From Verrucomicrobiota bacterium (lineage in GTDB: Bacteria; Verrucomicrobiota; Verrucomicrobiia; Chthoniobacterales; UBA6821), in contig WBXH01000001.1 of assembly GCA_008933015.1 (NCBI GenBank), positions 3,576 to 67,575 of the forward strand: a DNA stretch of 64,000 bases, read 5' to 3'. A program made the translations under genes and the position numbers. Positions 8,811-18,457 of the stretch are shown one piece after another. Under the pieces are notes generated by a model that ran no database searches, was not told where the DNA came from, and saw nothing but the letters and a program-made list of their open reading frames with translations. Positions within the stretch are counted from its first letter, which is position 1; every line of letters starts with the position of its first letter.

Positions 8811-11800
8811 GTGCCCGAAACTCCCCGCATACGCCTTAAGGGCGTAACGCAGAACAATCTCAAAGGCATTGATCTGGACCTTCCCACAGGGTCCCTCATT
8901 GTGGTTACAGGCCCGAGCGGCTCCGGAAAATCAAGCCTCGCTTTCGACACCATCTATGCCGAGGGGCAAAGACGGTATGTGGAAACGTTCAGTCCCTACA
9001 CGCGGCAGTTTCTTGACCGAATGGACAAGCCTCGCGCGGATTCCATCGAGGGGATTCCGCCGGCCATTGCCATCGAGCAGAGCAACAGTGTCAAAACAAC
9101 GCGCTCCACGGTCGGAACGATCACGGAAATCAATGACTATCTGAAACTCCTGATGACCCGTGCTGCCTTGGCCTCGTGCCCCGGTTGTGGGAGGAGAGTA
9201 TCGCCCGAGTCCCCCGAATCAGTCACCGAAACCCTCCTCAAATCTCTTGAGGGGCGCAGGCTTCTCATCACCTTCCCGGTAACAACTCACTCCGAGGCCC
9301 GAGAGGGGGAGCAAGAGCCAAAAGCTCGAAAACCTGCTGATTTTTTCACATTTCTCCAAGAGCAGGGGTATCTCCGCGTCTGGATCGATGGGGCAATCCA
9401 CCGGACGGACGAGCCTCCCGCCATCAAGCGCCTGCCACCTATTGTCTCCGTCATCCAGGACCGGCTTGAAATTAGCCAAAAAGAGCGAGGCCGCCTCACG
9501 GAAGCCATCGAGACGGCTCTTCGGCTTGGTAAGGAGCGGGTCACTCTTCTCGACCCGGACACGGGAGAGACCTTCCCCCACTCCTCAGGGTGGCATTGCG
9601 CCCATTGCGACATTGATATCCGTCCCCCTTCCTCGGGCCTTTTCAGTTTCAACAATCCCCTTGGCGCCTGCCCCGACTGCCGCGGGTTTGGCAGAGTGAT
9701 CGGCCTGGATTATGACCGAATCATGCCTGACCGCTCGATGAGCATCGCCTCAGGTGTGGTCAAACCATTCCAGAGCGGTCAATCCCGGGATTGCCAACGG
9801 GATCTTCTGCGTGCCTGCGCCATGCGGGATGTGGACGTCCATCTTCCCTTTGAAGAGCTTCCGGAGGCCGACCAGCAATTCGTCATCGAAGGTGAACAGG
9901 ATGCGGATCTCTCATCGGAGGAACTTTGGGAAAACAAGCGCTGGTACGGGGTTCAAGGATTCTTCAAATGGATGGAGAAAAGGACCTACAAGATGCATAT
10001 CCGCGTCTTCCTGAGTCGCTACCGCAACTACACCCCATGCACATCGTGCAAGGGGGGACGCTTCCAACCGGAAACCTTGAACTATCGCCTCCCGGTTCCG
10101 GAGAGGCCCCTAACGCTTCCGGAGATCGCGGCAACTCCCGTTTCAAAACTCTCGGAACTCCTTCGCCATCTTCCCTTGCCAATCGGAGACTCGGGAACGG
10201 CCATGCTCCGCCAGCAGATCGTCTCAAGGCTTGGGTACTTGGAATCGGTGGGACTTGGATATCTCACCCTCGATCGCACAACCAAAACCCTCAGTGGTGG
10301 CGAGATCGAACGGGTAAACCTGACAACATGCCTCGGTGCTTCGTTGGTTAATACACTCTTTGTGATGGACGAGCCCAGCGTGGGACTACATCCGAGGGAT
10401 ATCGGCAAGTTACTTGGGATCATGAAAGCCCTGCGCGACAAGGGAAACACCATCCTTGTCGTGGAGCATGAGGAGTCCATCATCCGCTCGGCGGATCACA
10501 TCGTCGATCTGGGTCCAGGACGCGGTCAGAACGGGGGTGAGTTGATGTTCTCGGGCCCTTTGTCAGAACTTGCATCCTCCAAGGAATCACTCACCGCGGC
10601 CTACCTTCGGGGCGATAAAGCGATCGGCATCCCAAAAAAACGGCGCAAGCCCTCGGAGTGGATCGAGATTAAGGGAATCCGTCATCATAACCTGAACAAG
10701 ATCGATATCAGTTTCCCACTTGGGGTTTTCTGCTGTGTTACAGGCGTGTCTGGCTCTGGGAAAAGCTCGTTGGTGCGTGATGTTCTCTTTAGAAATCTCA
10801 CCTCCGCCGCCGCAGAGGAGGGTGAGGCCGCAGGCAGGTGCCGCTCCATCAAGGGTGGTGACGACCTCTCCGACGTGGTGATGGTCGACCAGTCTCCGCT
10901 CTCTCGGACTCCCCGTTCCACCCCCGCTCTCTACTTGGGAGTCTTTGATTCCATCCGGGAGCTTTTCGGAATGGAGGATGAAGCCATTAGGGCGGGAATG
11001 AGTCCCTCCGCCTTCTCTTTTAACTCGGGTCAGGGTCGGTGCGACCGTTGTTCGGGACTCGGTTTTGAAAAAGTTGAGATGCAGTTTTTGAGTGATCTCT
11101 TCATCCGCTGCCCCGAGTGCGAGGGACGCCGCTATCAGGAGAGGGTGCTCGCCATCCGTCATCGTGGAAAAACGATCCACGAAGTGCTTGAGATGACCGC
11201 CAGTGAAGCGATTGCCTTCTTCAAGAAGGGGCCCAAGGCCGAGGCCATCTGCGCCCCGCTTCAACTCCTTGCGGATGTGGGCCTTGATTATCTGAAACTT
11301 GGGCAACCCCTGAATGTCCTTAGCGGAGGAGAATCCCAGCGCCTTAAACTGGCAGCCCGTCTCGCCGGTCATGAACCGGGCGGCGCATTGCTCATCTTCG
11401 ACGAACCAACAACCGGTCTGCATATCGATGACATATCGATTCTGCTCAAAGCCTTTGAACGCCTCGTTGCGGAAGGGAACAGTGTTGTTGTCATTGAGCA
11501 TAACCTGGATGTGATTAAAACGGCAGATTGGGTCATTGATATCGGTCCGGAGGGGGGCGAAGGAGGAGGCAAACTAGTTGTAGCCGGGACTCCGGAAAAA
11601 GTTGCCGCTGAAAAAACATCCCACACGGGGCGCCATCTCATCGAAGTGCTGAAGGGGAGAGCTCCGATTCTTCTGGAGAAAGCGGAAGCTCCCCAAACAC
11701 CCCACGAGAGCATCGGAGCCATCCGGATCCGCGGAGCGCGTGAGCATAATCTCAAAAATTTTGACATCGATATCCCAAGGGGTGAGATGCTGGTGGTCAC

Positions 11801-14423
11801 CGGCTTGAGCGGAAGCGGCAAATCGACTCTGGCCTTTGATATCCTCTTCGCTGAGGGGCAAAGGCGCTTTCTTGACAGCATGTCACCCTACGCGAGGCAG
11901 TTCGTAGAGCAGTTGGAAAAACCCGACGTAGATTCGATCGAAGGACTGCCCCCCAGCGTGGCCATCGAGCAACGTATCACTCGCGGCGGTGGAAAATCCA
12001 CCGTGGCGACCGTCACGGAAATCCACCAGTTCCTGCGTCTTCTCTTCTCAAAACTGGGAGTGCAGCACTGTCCCGAATGCAGCACAGCCGTACAGAAAAG
12101 TTCGCTGACCGCCGTGGCCAAGGAAATCGAGACGATGAGTGCCGACTCTCCCGTCCAACTCTTCGCCCCAAGGGTTAGGGGCCGCAAAGGCTTCCACACC
12201 GATGTGGCGCGATGGGCCGAGGAGCATGGTTTTCAATCACTGCTTGTGGATGGTGAACTTATCGAGGTGTCGGACTTCAAACCCTTGGAACGCTTCAAGG
12301 AGCACACGATCGACGTGCTCGTTGGTACCATTGAGAAAGGTGAGACCAAGGGAGTTCTGGAGCTTGCCAAAAGGGCCTTGGAAATCGGAAATGGCACGGC
12401 AAAGGCAAGAACCTCAGCTCAAAAATCACCAGCGGCTCAAAAAATCAAAAAGGAATCAAGGTCCGTTAAGGGGAAAAAATTCTCCAAGACCGATAAGAGT
12501 GAAGCACTCCCCAACTCTGATTACGCCGACGGGGAGTTCAGGATTCTAAGCTCCGAAATGAACTGCGCTGACTGCGGTCGTTCCTTCGAGGAGTTGGATC
12601 CCCGGCTTTTCTCGTTTAACTCCCCTCATGGATGGTGCGAGCACTGTAGGGGGTTCGGAGAAGTATGGAGCGAAATTCCATCCGCAAAGGATTTTGACTC
12701 TCAATTGGAGGCAGATCTGGCCGCCGAAAAGTCCTTTGAAAACCGGGAGGAAGGGGAAACTCGTCCCTGTCCTGTCTGCCAAGGAAACCGGCTCAATCCC
12801 GTCGCTTGCGCTGTTCTTGTAGCGGGTGAAAGCATTGCCTCGTTCTCCTCACGACCGGCAAGTGATGCGCTGAGCCGAACCGCTGATTGGAAATTCAGTG
12901 GACGCGACGAGACCATCGCTCGGGATATCCTTCCGGAAATCAGGCAAAGACTCTCATTCCTCGCCCGCGTTGGCCTTGATTATCTTCAGCTTGACCGCTC
13001 CGCAAAGACACTCAGTGGAGGCGAATCTCAGCGTATCCGCTTGGCAGCGCAACTCGGCTCAAATCTCCGAGGCGTCCTCTATGTTCTCGATGAGCCGACA
13101 ATCGGGCTTCATCCACGGGATAACACCAGACTACTCGACGCTCTTGAGGAATTATCAGCACAGGGCAACTCACTTCTCATTGTGGAACATGACGAGGAGA
13201 CCATGCGTCGCGCCTCAAGAATCATCGATCTTGGACCAAAGGCAGGAAGTCATGGTGGCGAAATCATGGCCTTCGGAACTATGTCAGAAGTGATGGCCAA
13301 TCCCGGATCGCTTACTGGAAAGTTTCTGCGCGAGCCACCAGTTCACCCGCAAAAAGGCTCTCGTCGATCCATTACTGATGTCGCCAACTGGCTCGAATTG
13401 AAAGGCGCCAAGCGCCACAATCTCAATAATGTTGACGTAAAGTTCCCCCTGCAGCGCCTGACAGCCATCAGTGGCATCAGCGGATCCGGAAAAAGCACTC
13501 TCCTGCGCGGGGTTCTTCTTCCTGCCGTGGAGGAGTCACTGAAACGAACCCGCCTACGGAAAAAATCAGGACCTCAGTACTGGAAATCGGTCTCGGGAAC
13601 TCAGCATCTCTCGCAGGTCATCGAAGTGGACCAGTCGCCGATCGGCAAGACCTCTCGCTCCACTCCTGCAACCTACCTCAAAATCTTCGATGCGATCCGT
13701 ACCGTTTACGCAGGTCTTCCCGAGGCTCGTCTCCGAGGTTACACGGGAAGTCGTTTTTCTTTCAATAATCAGGAAGGCAGATGCCAGACCTGCGAGGGCC
13801 AGGGAGTCATCCGCCTAGAAATGAACTTCCTTCCCACCTCGTTCATGCCTTGCGAGGATTGCTCGGGAAGTCGATTCAACCGCCAGACTCTTGAGGTTAA
13901 ATATGATGGCAAGTCCATCGGTGATGTTCTGGATATGACCGTCGAGCAAGCCGCCGATTTTTTCTCCGCTCACCCAAAAATCAGAAAACCCCTCCATCTT
14001 CTCTTGGAAACAGGACTGGGCTACCTGCGCCTCGGACAACCGAGCCCCACACTGAGCGGTGGAGAGGCTCAACGTATCAAACTCGTCACCCAACTGGCTA
14101 GGGGTGGGACATCCGATCGCCCTAGAATGGGGAATCGTGGAGGAACTCTCTACATCCTTGAAGAACCGACCATCGGGCTTCATGCCGCCGATGTGGAACT
14201 CCTTCAGAGCGTGCTCCATCGCCTCGTTGACGAGGGTCATACAGTGATCGTTGTCGAGCATCATATGGATCTTATCGCGGAAGCCGATTACCTCGTGGAT
14301 GTTGGTCCGGAAGCAGGAAAGCGTGGTGGCGAGATCGTGGCCACAGGCACCCCTGAAGATGTCGCAAAGAGCAAGGTCAGTCGAACAGCGCCATTCCTCA
14401 GAGAGATCCTAGTTAGAAAATAG
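8811..14423 (+). CDS. uvrA: tandem-duplicated excinuclease ABC subunit A (two complete UvrA-like units in one 1870-aa chain)
   Basis: GTG start. There are four Walker A motifs (GPSGSGKSS, GVSGSGKSS, GLSGSGKST, GISGSGKST), four LSGGE signatures, and four Walker B motifs (FVMDEPSVGLH, LIFDEPTTGLH, YVLDEPTIGLH, YILEEPTIGLH). CxxC zinc modules occur in both halves. The second unit restarts near nt 11721 (IRIRGAREHNLKNFDIDIP). Confidence 0.85.
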   Translation: MPETPRIRLKGVTQNNLKGIDLDLPTGSLIVVTGPSGSGKSSLAFDTIYAEGQRRYVETFSPYTRQFLDRMDKPRADSIEGIPPAIAIEQSNSVKTTRSTVGTITEINDYLKLLMTRAALASCPGCGRRVSPESPESVTETLLKSLEGRRLLITFPVTTHSEAREGEQEPKARKPADFFTFLQEQGYLRVWIDGAIHRTDEPPAIKRLPPIVSVIQDRLEISQKERGRLTEAIETALRLGKERVTLLDPDTGETFPHSSGWHCAHCDIDIRPPSSGLFSFNNPLGACPDCRGFGRVIGLDYDRIMPDRSMSIASGVVKPFQSGQSRDCQRDLLRACAMRDVDVHLPFEELPEADQQFVIEGEQDADLSSEELWENKRWYGVQGFFKWMEKRTYKMHIRVFLSRYRNYTPCTSCKGGRFQPETLNYRLPVPERPLTLPEIAATPVSKLSELLRHLPLPIGDSGTAMLRQQIVSRLGYLESVGLGYLTLDRTTKTLSGGEIERVNLTTCLGASLVNTLFVMDEPSVGLHPRDIGKLLGIMKALRDKGNTILVVEHEESIIRSADHIVDLGPGRGQNGGELMFSGPLSELASSKESLTAAYLRGDKAIGIPKKRRKPSEWIEIKGIRHHNLNKIDISFPLGVFCCVTGVSGSGKSSLVRDVLFRNLTSAAAEEGEAAGRCRSIKGGDDLSDVVMVDQSPLSRTPRSTPALYLGVFDSIRELFGMEDEAIRAGMSPSAFSFNSGQGRCDRCSGLGFEKVEMQFLSDLFIRCPECEGRRYQERVLAIRHRGKTIHEVLEMTASEAIAFFKKGPKAEAICAPLQLLADVGLDYLKLGQPLNVLSGGESQRLKLAARLAGHEPGGALLIFDEPTTGLHIDDISILLKAFERLVAEGNSVVVIEHNLDVIKTADWVIDIGPEGGEGGGKLVVAGTPEKVAAEKTSHTGRHLIEVLKGRAPILLEKAEAPQTPHESIGAIRIRGAREHNLKNFDIDIPRGEMLVVTGLSGSGKSTLAFDILFAEGQRRFLDSMSPYARQFVEQLEKPDVDSIEGLPPSVAIEQRITRGGGKSTVATVTEIHQFLRLLFSKLGVQHCPECSTAVQKSSLTAVAKEIETMSADSPVQLFAPRVRGRKGFHTDVARWAEEHGFQSLLVDGELIEVSDFKPLERFKEHTIDVLVGTIEKGETKGVLELAKRALEIGNGTAKARTSAQKSPAAQKIKKESRSVKGKKFSKTDKSEALPNSDYADGEFRILSSEMNCADCGRSFEELDPRLFSFNSPHGWCEHCRGFGEVWSEIPSAKDFDSQLEADLAAEKSFENREEGETRPCPVCQGNRLNPVACAVLVAGESIASFSSRPASDALSRTADWKFSGRDETIARDILPEIRQRLSFLARVGLDYLQLDRSAKTLSGGESQRIRLAAQLGSNLRGVLYVLDEPTIGLHPRDNTRLLDALEELSAQGNSLLIVEHDEETMRRASRIIDLGPKAGSHGGEIMAFGTMSEVMANPGSLTGKFLREPPVHPQKGSRRSITDVANWLELKGAKRHNLNNVDVKFPLQRLTAISGISGSGKSTLLRGVLLPAVEESLKRTRLRKKSGPQYWKSVSGTQHLSQVIEVDQSPIGKTSRSTPATYLKIFDAIRTVYAGLPEARLRGYTGSRFSFNNQEGRCQTCEGQGVIRLEMNFLPTSFMPCEDCSGSRFNRQTLEVKYDGKSIGDVLDMTVEQAADFFSAHPKIRKPLHLLLETGLGYLRLGQPSPTLSGGEAQRIKLVTQLARGGTSDRPRMGNRGGTLYILEEPTIGLHAADVELLQSVLHRLVDEGHTVIVVEHHMDLIAEADYLVDVGPEAGKRGGEIVATGTPEDVAKSKVSRTAPFLREILVRK

Positions 14424-14480
14424 GAATCCTTGTAGAGCGGTAAGACGGAATCATTGGTCCATACCAAGGGTGTCAGGGCC

Positions 14481-14509
14481 TTGCATCATGACGTTTTTGC
14501 CTTTAACCT
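14481..14509 (+). promoter_or_regulatory. putative sigma70-type promoter of rnpB
   Basis: TTGCAT (14481-14486), a 17-nt spacer, then TAACCT (14504-14509). This ends 6-7 nt upstream of the inferred 5' end of the RNase P RNA P1 stem. Confidence 0.35.
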
Positions 14510-14515
14510 TTCAGA

Positions 14516-14946
14516 GTGATGGCGGATGGTCGCTGGGAGAGATCCTGGAGGAAAGTCCGGACACCATACGGCGGCATACCGTGTACAATACGCGGGAGGC
14601 AGGAATGAAAATTCCGGCCGACGGAAAGTGTCACAGAAAACAGACCACCTGCGCTCAATACTTCGCAAGAAATGTTGGCCGGAGGTAAGGGTGAAAAGGC
14701 GGGGTAAGAGCCCACCGCCCCGTGCGTGAGCACGGGGGCACGAAAAACCCTATGCGGTGCAAGACAGAACAGGGGAAGAGGCCGCCGGCTTCAATGATTG
14801 ACCAATGGTCAGTCGGGACCCCGGGTAACGTCGCACCCGTCGCAAGACGGGCGGAAAACTCCGGTTCGCCGGAGAGTTCTGAGAGAAATGACCATCCAAG
14901 CTGGAGTAATCCAGCCTGACAGAATCCGGCTTACAGCCGTCACACT
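14516..14946 (+). ncRNA. rnpB: RNase P RNA, bacterial type A
   Basis: Hallmark conserved blocks are present: GAGGAAAGTCCGGAC (P4 5' strand), GGTAAGGGTGAAAAGGCGGGGTAAGAGCCCACCG (J11/12-P12 region), and ACAGAATCCGGCTTA (P4 3' strand). The termini GTGATGGC and GCCGTCAC pair as P1. Only short overlapping ORFs on both strands occur here. Confidence 0.9.
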
Positions 14947-14948
14947 AT

Positions 14949-14990
14949 GCGGGGGTGGTTCCGGGAGGGATCGCCCCCGCTCCTTTTTTA
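14949..14990 (+). terminator. Rho-independent terminator after rnpB
   Basis: A 7-bp GC stem (GCGGGGG at 14949-14955 with CCCCCGC at 14974-14980) is followed by TCCTTTTTTA. Confidence 0.6.
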
Positions 14991-15077
14991 TCAAATGCAT
15001 TCTCTAAAACCTCTACATCCACTAAAAAAACAAAGGGTTATTTCCTACCTTCAATTGTTCATGCTACATCCAATCTC

Positions 15078-15488
15078 ATGGTAAAGATCACTTCAGTTTA
15101 TGATGGCGGCCTCAGATGCACAGCAACCCATACCCCATCGGGCATCCAACTTATCACGGATGCACCGATCGACAACCACGGCAAGGGAGAGAGCTTTTCA
15201 CCAACCGATCTGGTAGCCACCGCAGTGGCCAACTGCATGATGACGGTCATGGGGATTGCCGCGGCGCGACACGGAATCAACCTTGCGGGAACCTCGGTCA
15301 CCATTTCTAAGGTAATGAGTGGTGATCTGCCACGCCGGATCATTAGCCTGCGGTCCGAGATGTCGATTCCACTTCCCGCTGATCACCCGCAGCGTCCTCT
15401 CTTGGAGGGGTCAGCCAAAGCTTGCCCCGTAAAACAGAGTCTCTCACCTGACATTGATTCCACCGTTGATTTCAGGTGGGAGGGTTGA
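15078..15488 (+). CDS. OsmC/Ohr-family peroxiredoxin-like protein
   Basis: 136 aa from the ATG at 15078 (MVKITSVY...). It has OsmC-type motifs (GESFSPTDLVATAVANCMM and AKACPV), giving two conserved Cys. The tracked start at 14955 would overlap the rnpB terminator. Confidence 0.8.
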   Translation: MVKITSVYDGGLRCTATHTPSGIQLITDAPIDNHGKGESFSPTDLVATAVANCMMTVMGIAAARHGINLAGTSVTISKVMSGDLPRRIISLRSEMSIPLPADHPQRPLLEGSAKACPVKQSLSPDIDSTVDFRWEG

Positions 15489-15510
15489 GTCTTGGCCCCT
15501 TGAATTATCT

Positions 15511-15858
15511 TTACTGAATCCAAAGAAAGCTCACTCCTGGATTCGAACGCTCCAGATCACGATCGCTCCGGAGTTCAGGAGCAGCACTTATCATCTCGAG
15601 GGACATGGGGTGAAAAATGGAAAATTCCTCGCCTGAGGCGTAGCCAAGGAGATCACCATCACGCTGATACTCGGCGAAGATTTTTCTTAGTCCGGTCCTT
15701 AAGATTCCTCCCCTGCCGCCGGAACCATAGCCGTGGATGATCTTGAGTACGCTGACGCCCTCTCCATGGCATCTCCTCACCTCAAGGAAGAGCCTTCTCT
15801 TCGCCTCCTCCAGAGTCGGCAACCCCTCCTTGATCGTGATCTCACGGAGCAGTGACAT
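15511..15858 (-). CDS. Smr-domain-like small protein
   Basis: 115 aa. The Smr-like core (LEEAKRRL...GVSVLKIIHGYGSGG) is present, but the usual DLHG motif is not conserved. It lies 3 nt downstream of clpB. Confidence 0.5.
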   Translation of the reverse strand: MSLLREITIKEGLPTLEEAKRRLFLEVRRCHGEGVSVLKIIHGYGSGGRGGILRTGLRKIFAEYQRDGDLLGYASGEEFSIFHPMSLEMISAAPELRSDRDLERSNPGVSFLWIQ

Positions 15859-15861
15859 CCC

Positions 15862-18432
15862 TCACTTTGTCTTGAAGACTAGCTCACCACCAGAAACGTC
15901 GGCCTTGATCGTCTGGCCTTCATGAATCCTACCATCCAGAATCTCAAGGCTCAGCGGATCGAGGATCTTGTGCTGAATGACGCGCTTGAGAGGTCGAGCC
16001 CCATAGGCGGGGTCATAACCTTCCTTGGCGAGATATGCCCGGGCTTTGTCACTAAGCTCAAGGTTGAGCTTCTGTCCCTCAAGACGCCTCTGAAGTCTGG
16101 AGAGTTGGATATCCACGATTTTTCCGATCTCCTTATCGCTCAGGCGGTCGAAGATCACGATCTCATCGATTCTGTTGAGGAACTCGGGTCTGAAATGCCC
16201 TCGGAGTGCTTCAATCACCCGTTTATTCCGCTCCTCCACGGAAAGATCTTCCATGATGAACTGACTGCCTAAGTTGCTGGTCATAATGAGCACCGTGTTT
16301 TTAAAATCAATCGTCCTACCCTGTCCGTCAGTGATGCGACCATCATCAAGAACCTGTAGCAGCACGTTGAACACATCACCGTGCGCCTTTTCCACCTCGT
16401 CAAAAAGCACCACCGAGTAAGGTTTCCGACGGACGGCCTCGCTGAGTTGTCCCCCCTCCTCATAGCCTACGTATCCCGGAGGCGCCCCAATTAATCGAGC
16501 CACAGTGTGCTTCTCCATATACTCGGACATGTCGATCCTTATGATGGCGTTCTCATCATCAAAGAGAAATTCGGCTAGGGCTTTCGAAAGCTCCGTTTTT
16601 CCCACACCCGTTGGCCCCAGGAACATGAAGGATCCGATGGGACGATTCTCTTCCTGAAGGCCTGCACGGGCACGGCGAACCGCATTGGAGACGGCTTTGA
16701 TAGCCTGTCCCTGTCCGATAACCCGCTCAATCAGCCGTTCCTCCATCCTGACCAACTTCTGACGCTCCCCCTCCTGGAGATTGGAAACAGGAATACCAGT
16801 CCAAACCGAGACAACCTTGGCGATATCCTCCTCGGTGACCTCTTCCTGAAGGAGAGATGATTGGCCGCTTTCTGCCAACTTCGAGTTGTGGGCTTCAAGT
16901 TTTGCCGTTAGGTCGGGAATGCTACCATACTGAATCTCGCTGGCTTTGGCGAAATCACCGTGGCGCTGCGCGATCAGAAGTTCGTTTTTCAGCTGTTCGA
17001 TCTGCTCGTTTATTTTCTGGGATTTTCCGATTTCCTCTTTCTCCTTCTGCCAACGAGCCTTTAATCCTGCACCCGTCTCCTTGATGCCGGCCAGTTCCTT
17101 TTCCAGTTTCTCAAGTCGCTCTTTGCTGACTGAATCTTTTTCCTTCCGCAGAGCCTGACGCTCCATCTCAAGCATCATGATTTGCCTCTCCATCTGATCG
17201 ATTTCGGTCGGCATCGATTCAATTTCTATTTTGAGACGCGAGGCTGCTTCATCGATCAGATCAACAGCCTTATCGGGAAGAAAACGATCGGAAATATATC
17301 GGTTTGAAAGGATAGCTGCAGCCACAAGGGCAGCATCCTGAATGCGGACTCCATGGTGGACTTCGTAGCGTTCTTTGAGTCCGCGCAAAATGGCGATCGT
17401 GTCCTCGACACTTGGTTCGTTGACCATCACAGGCTGAAAGCGCCGTTCCAAGGCAGCATCCTTCTCGATGTACTTTCGGTACTCATCCAGCGTGGTTGCG
17501 CCGATCGTCCGCAGTTCACCCCGCGCAAGCTGGGGCTTGAGAAGATTGGAAGCATCCATTGATCCTTCCGCGGCACCTGCTCCGACAATGGTATGAAGTT
17601 CATCGATGAAGAGAATGATTTCACCTTCGGATGAGGTTACTTCCTTGAGGAAGGCTTTGAGGCGATCCTCAAACTCTCCCCGAAACTTGGCTCCTGCGAC
17701 CATGGATCCGATATCCATGGCAACAACCCTCTTGTTTTTGAGGGACTCGGGCACATCACCGCTAACGATACGTCGGGCTAATCCTTCCACGATTGCCGTT
17801 TTTCCAACACCCGGTTCCCCGATCAGAACGGGATTATTCTTGGTGCGGCGTGAGAGTACCTGCATCGTCCGCCTGATCTCCTCGTCACGGCCTATCACGG
17901 GGTCAATTTTTCCCTTCCGGGCGAGCTCGGTAATATCTCGACCGTATTTTTCAAGAGCCTGGTATTTACCCTCGGGGTTTTGATCAGTCACCCGCTGACT
18001 TCCTCGAACCTCGACAAGGGCCTTCATTAATCCTTGATGCGTCACGCCGTTCTCCTGAAGGAGTTTAGAAGAGGAATTTTTTTCCTGACTTAGGGCCAGC
18101 AGATAATGCTCCGCGGAGAGAAATTCGTCGCGCAGCTTTTTCATTTCCCGCTCCGCCCCTTCGATCGTAACGCGAAGTTCATTGCCAACAAAAGGCTGTG
18201 AACCCCCGTGTACTTTTGAAAGCCCTGCTACAAGCGATTCTAACTTAGTGATAAAGAGGGGGATGATAACCCCCATTTTCTCGAGAATTGGTCTTGTGAG
18301 CCCTTCGCTCTGCGCTAGCAGGGAGAGCATGAAGTGCTCATTGCCTAATTCCTGTTGCCCCAAACCAGAGGCGATACCGATCGCGCCATTAAAAGCTTCC
18401 TGCATCTTGGCCGTGAATTTATCGGGTCTCAT
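15862..18432 (-). CDS. clpB: ATP-dependent chaperone ClpB
   Basis: 856 aa from the ATG at 18432 ([14 protein letters not shown]...). It has two AAA+ modules ([15 protein letters not shown] and [15 protein letters not shown]), a long middle coiled coil, and sensor motifs. The tracked start at 18561 would overlap ftsZ. Confidence 0.95.
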   Translation of the reverse strand: MRPDKFTAKMQEAFNGAIGIASGLGQQELGNEHFMLSLLAQSEGLTRPILEKMGVIIPLFITKLESLVAGLSKVHGGSQPFVGNELRVTIEGAEREMKKLRDEFLSAEHYLLALSQEKNSSSKLLQENGVTHQGLMKALVEVRGSQRVTDQNPEGKYQALEKYGRDITELARKGKIDPVIGRDEEIRRTMQVLSRRTKNNPVLIGEPGVGKTAIVEGLARRIVSGDVPESLKNKRVVAMDIGSMVAGAKFRGEFEDRLKAFLKEVTSSEGEIILFIDELHTIVGAGAAEGSMDASNLLKPQLARGELRTIGATTLDEYRKYIEKDAALERRFQPVMVNEPSVEDTIAILRGLKERYEVHHGVRIQDAALVAAAILSNRYISDRFLPDKAVDLIDEAASRLKIEIESMPTEIDQMERQIMMLEMERQALRKEKDSVSKERLEKLEKELAGIKETGAGLKARWQKEKEEIGKSQKINEQIEQLKNELLIAQRHGDFAKASEIQYGSIPDLTAKLEAHNSKLAESGQSSLLQEEVTEEDIAKVVSVWTGIPVSNLQEGERQKLVRMEERLIERVIGQGQAIKAVSNAVRRARAGLQEENRPIGSFMFLGPTGVGKTELSKALAEFLFDDENAIIRIDMSEYMEKHTVARLIGAPPGYVGYEEGGQLSEAVRRKPYSVVLFDEVEKAHGDVFNVLLQVLDDGRITDGQGRTIDFKNTVLIMTSNLGSQFIMEDLSVEERNKRVIEALRGHFRPEFLNRIDEIVIFDRLSDKEIGKIVDIQLSRLQRRLEGQKLNLELSDKARAYLAKEGYDPAYGARPLKRVIQHKILDPLSLEILDGRIHEGQTIKADVSGGELVFKTK

Positions 18433-18457
18433 GGGGTTTTTTATGGGTGAGGTGAAT

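Noticed and set aside
10587-11501. A 304-aa ORF antisense to uvrA. Similar long antisense or alternate-frame ORFs occur at 4372-5205 (opposite rho), 7246-7971 (malQ), 20284-20874 (ftsA), 39718-40320 (gyrA), 51345-52007 (pckG), and 58666-59289 and 59109-59711 (Bat operon).
   Set aside because: Each lies entirely opposite a CDS with strong family motifs. None has a recognisable motif, and their composition is Arg/Ser/Pro/Gly-biased, as expected from reverse-reading GC-rich codons. I treat them as shadow ORFs.
14470-15007. Seven 60-76-aa ORFs on both strands between uvrA and osmC.
   Set aside because: The region is the RNase P RNA gene plus its terminator. The ORFs overlap one another in several frames, and none looks protein-like.
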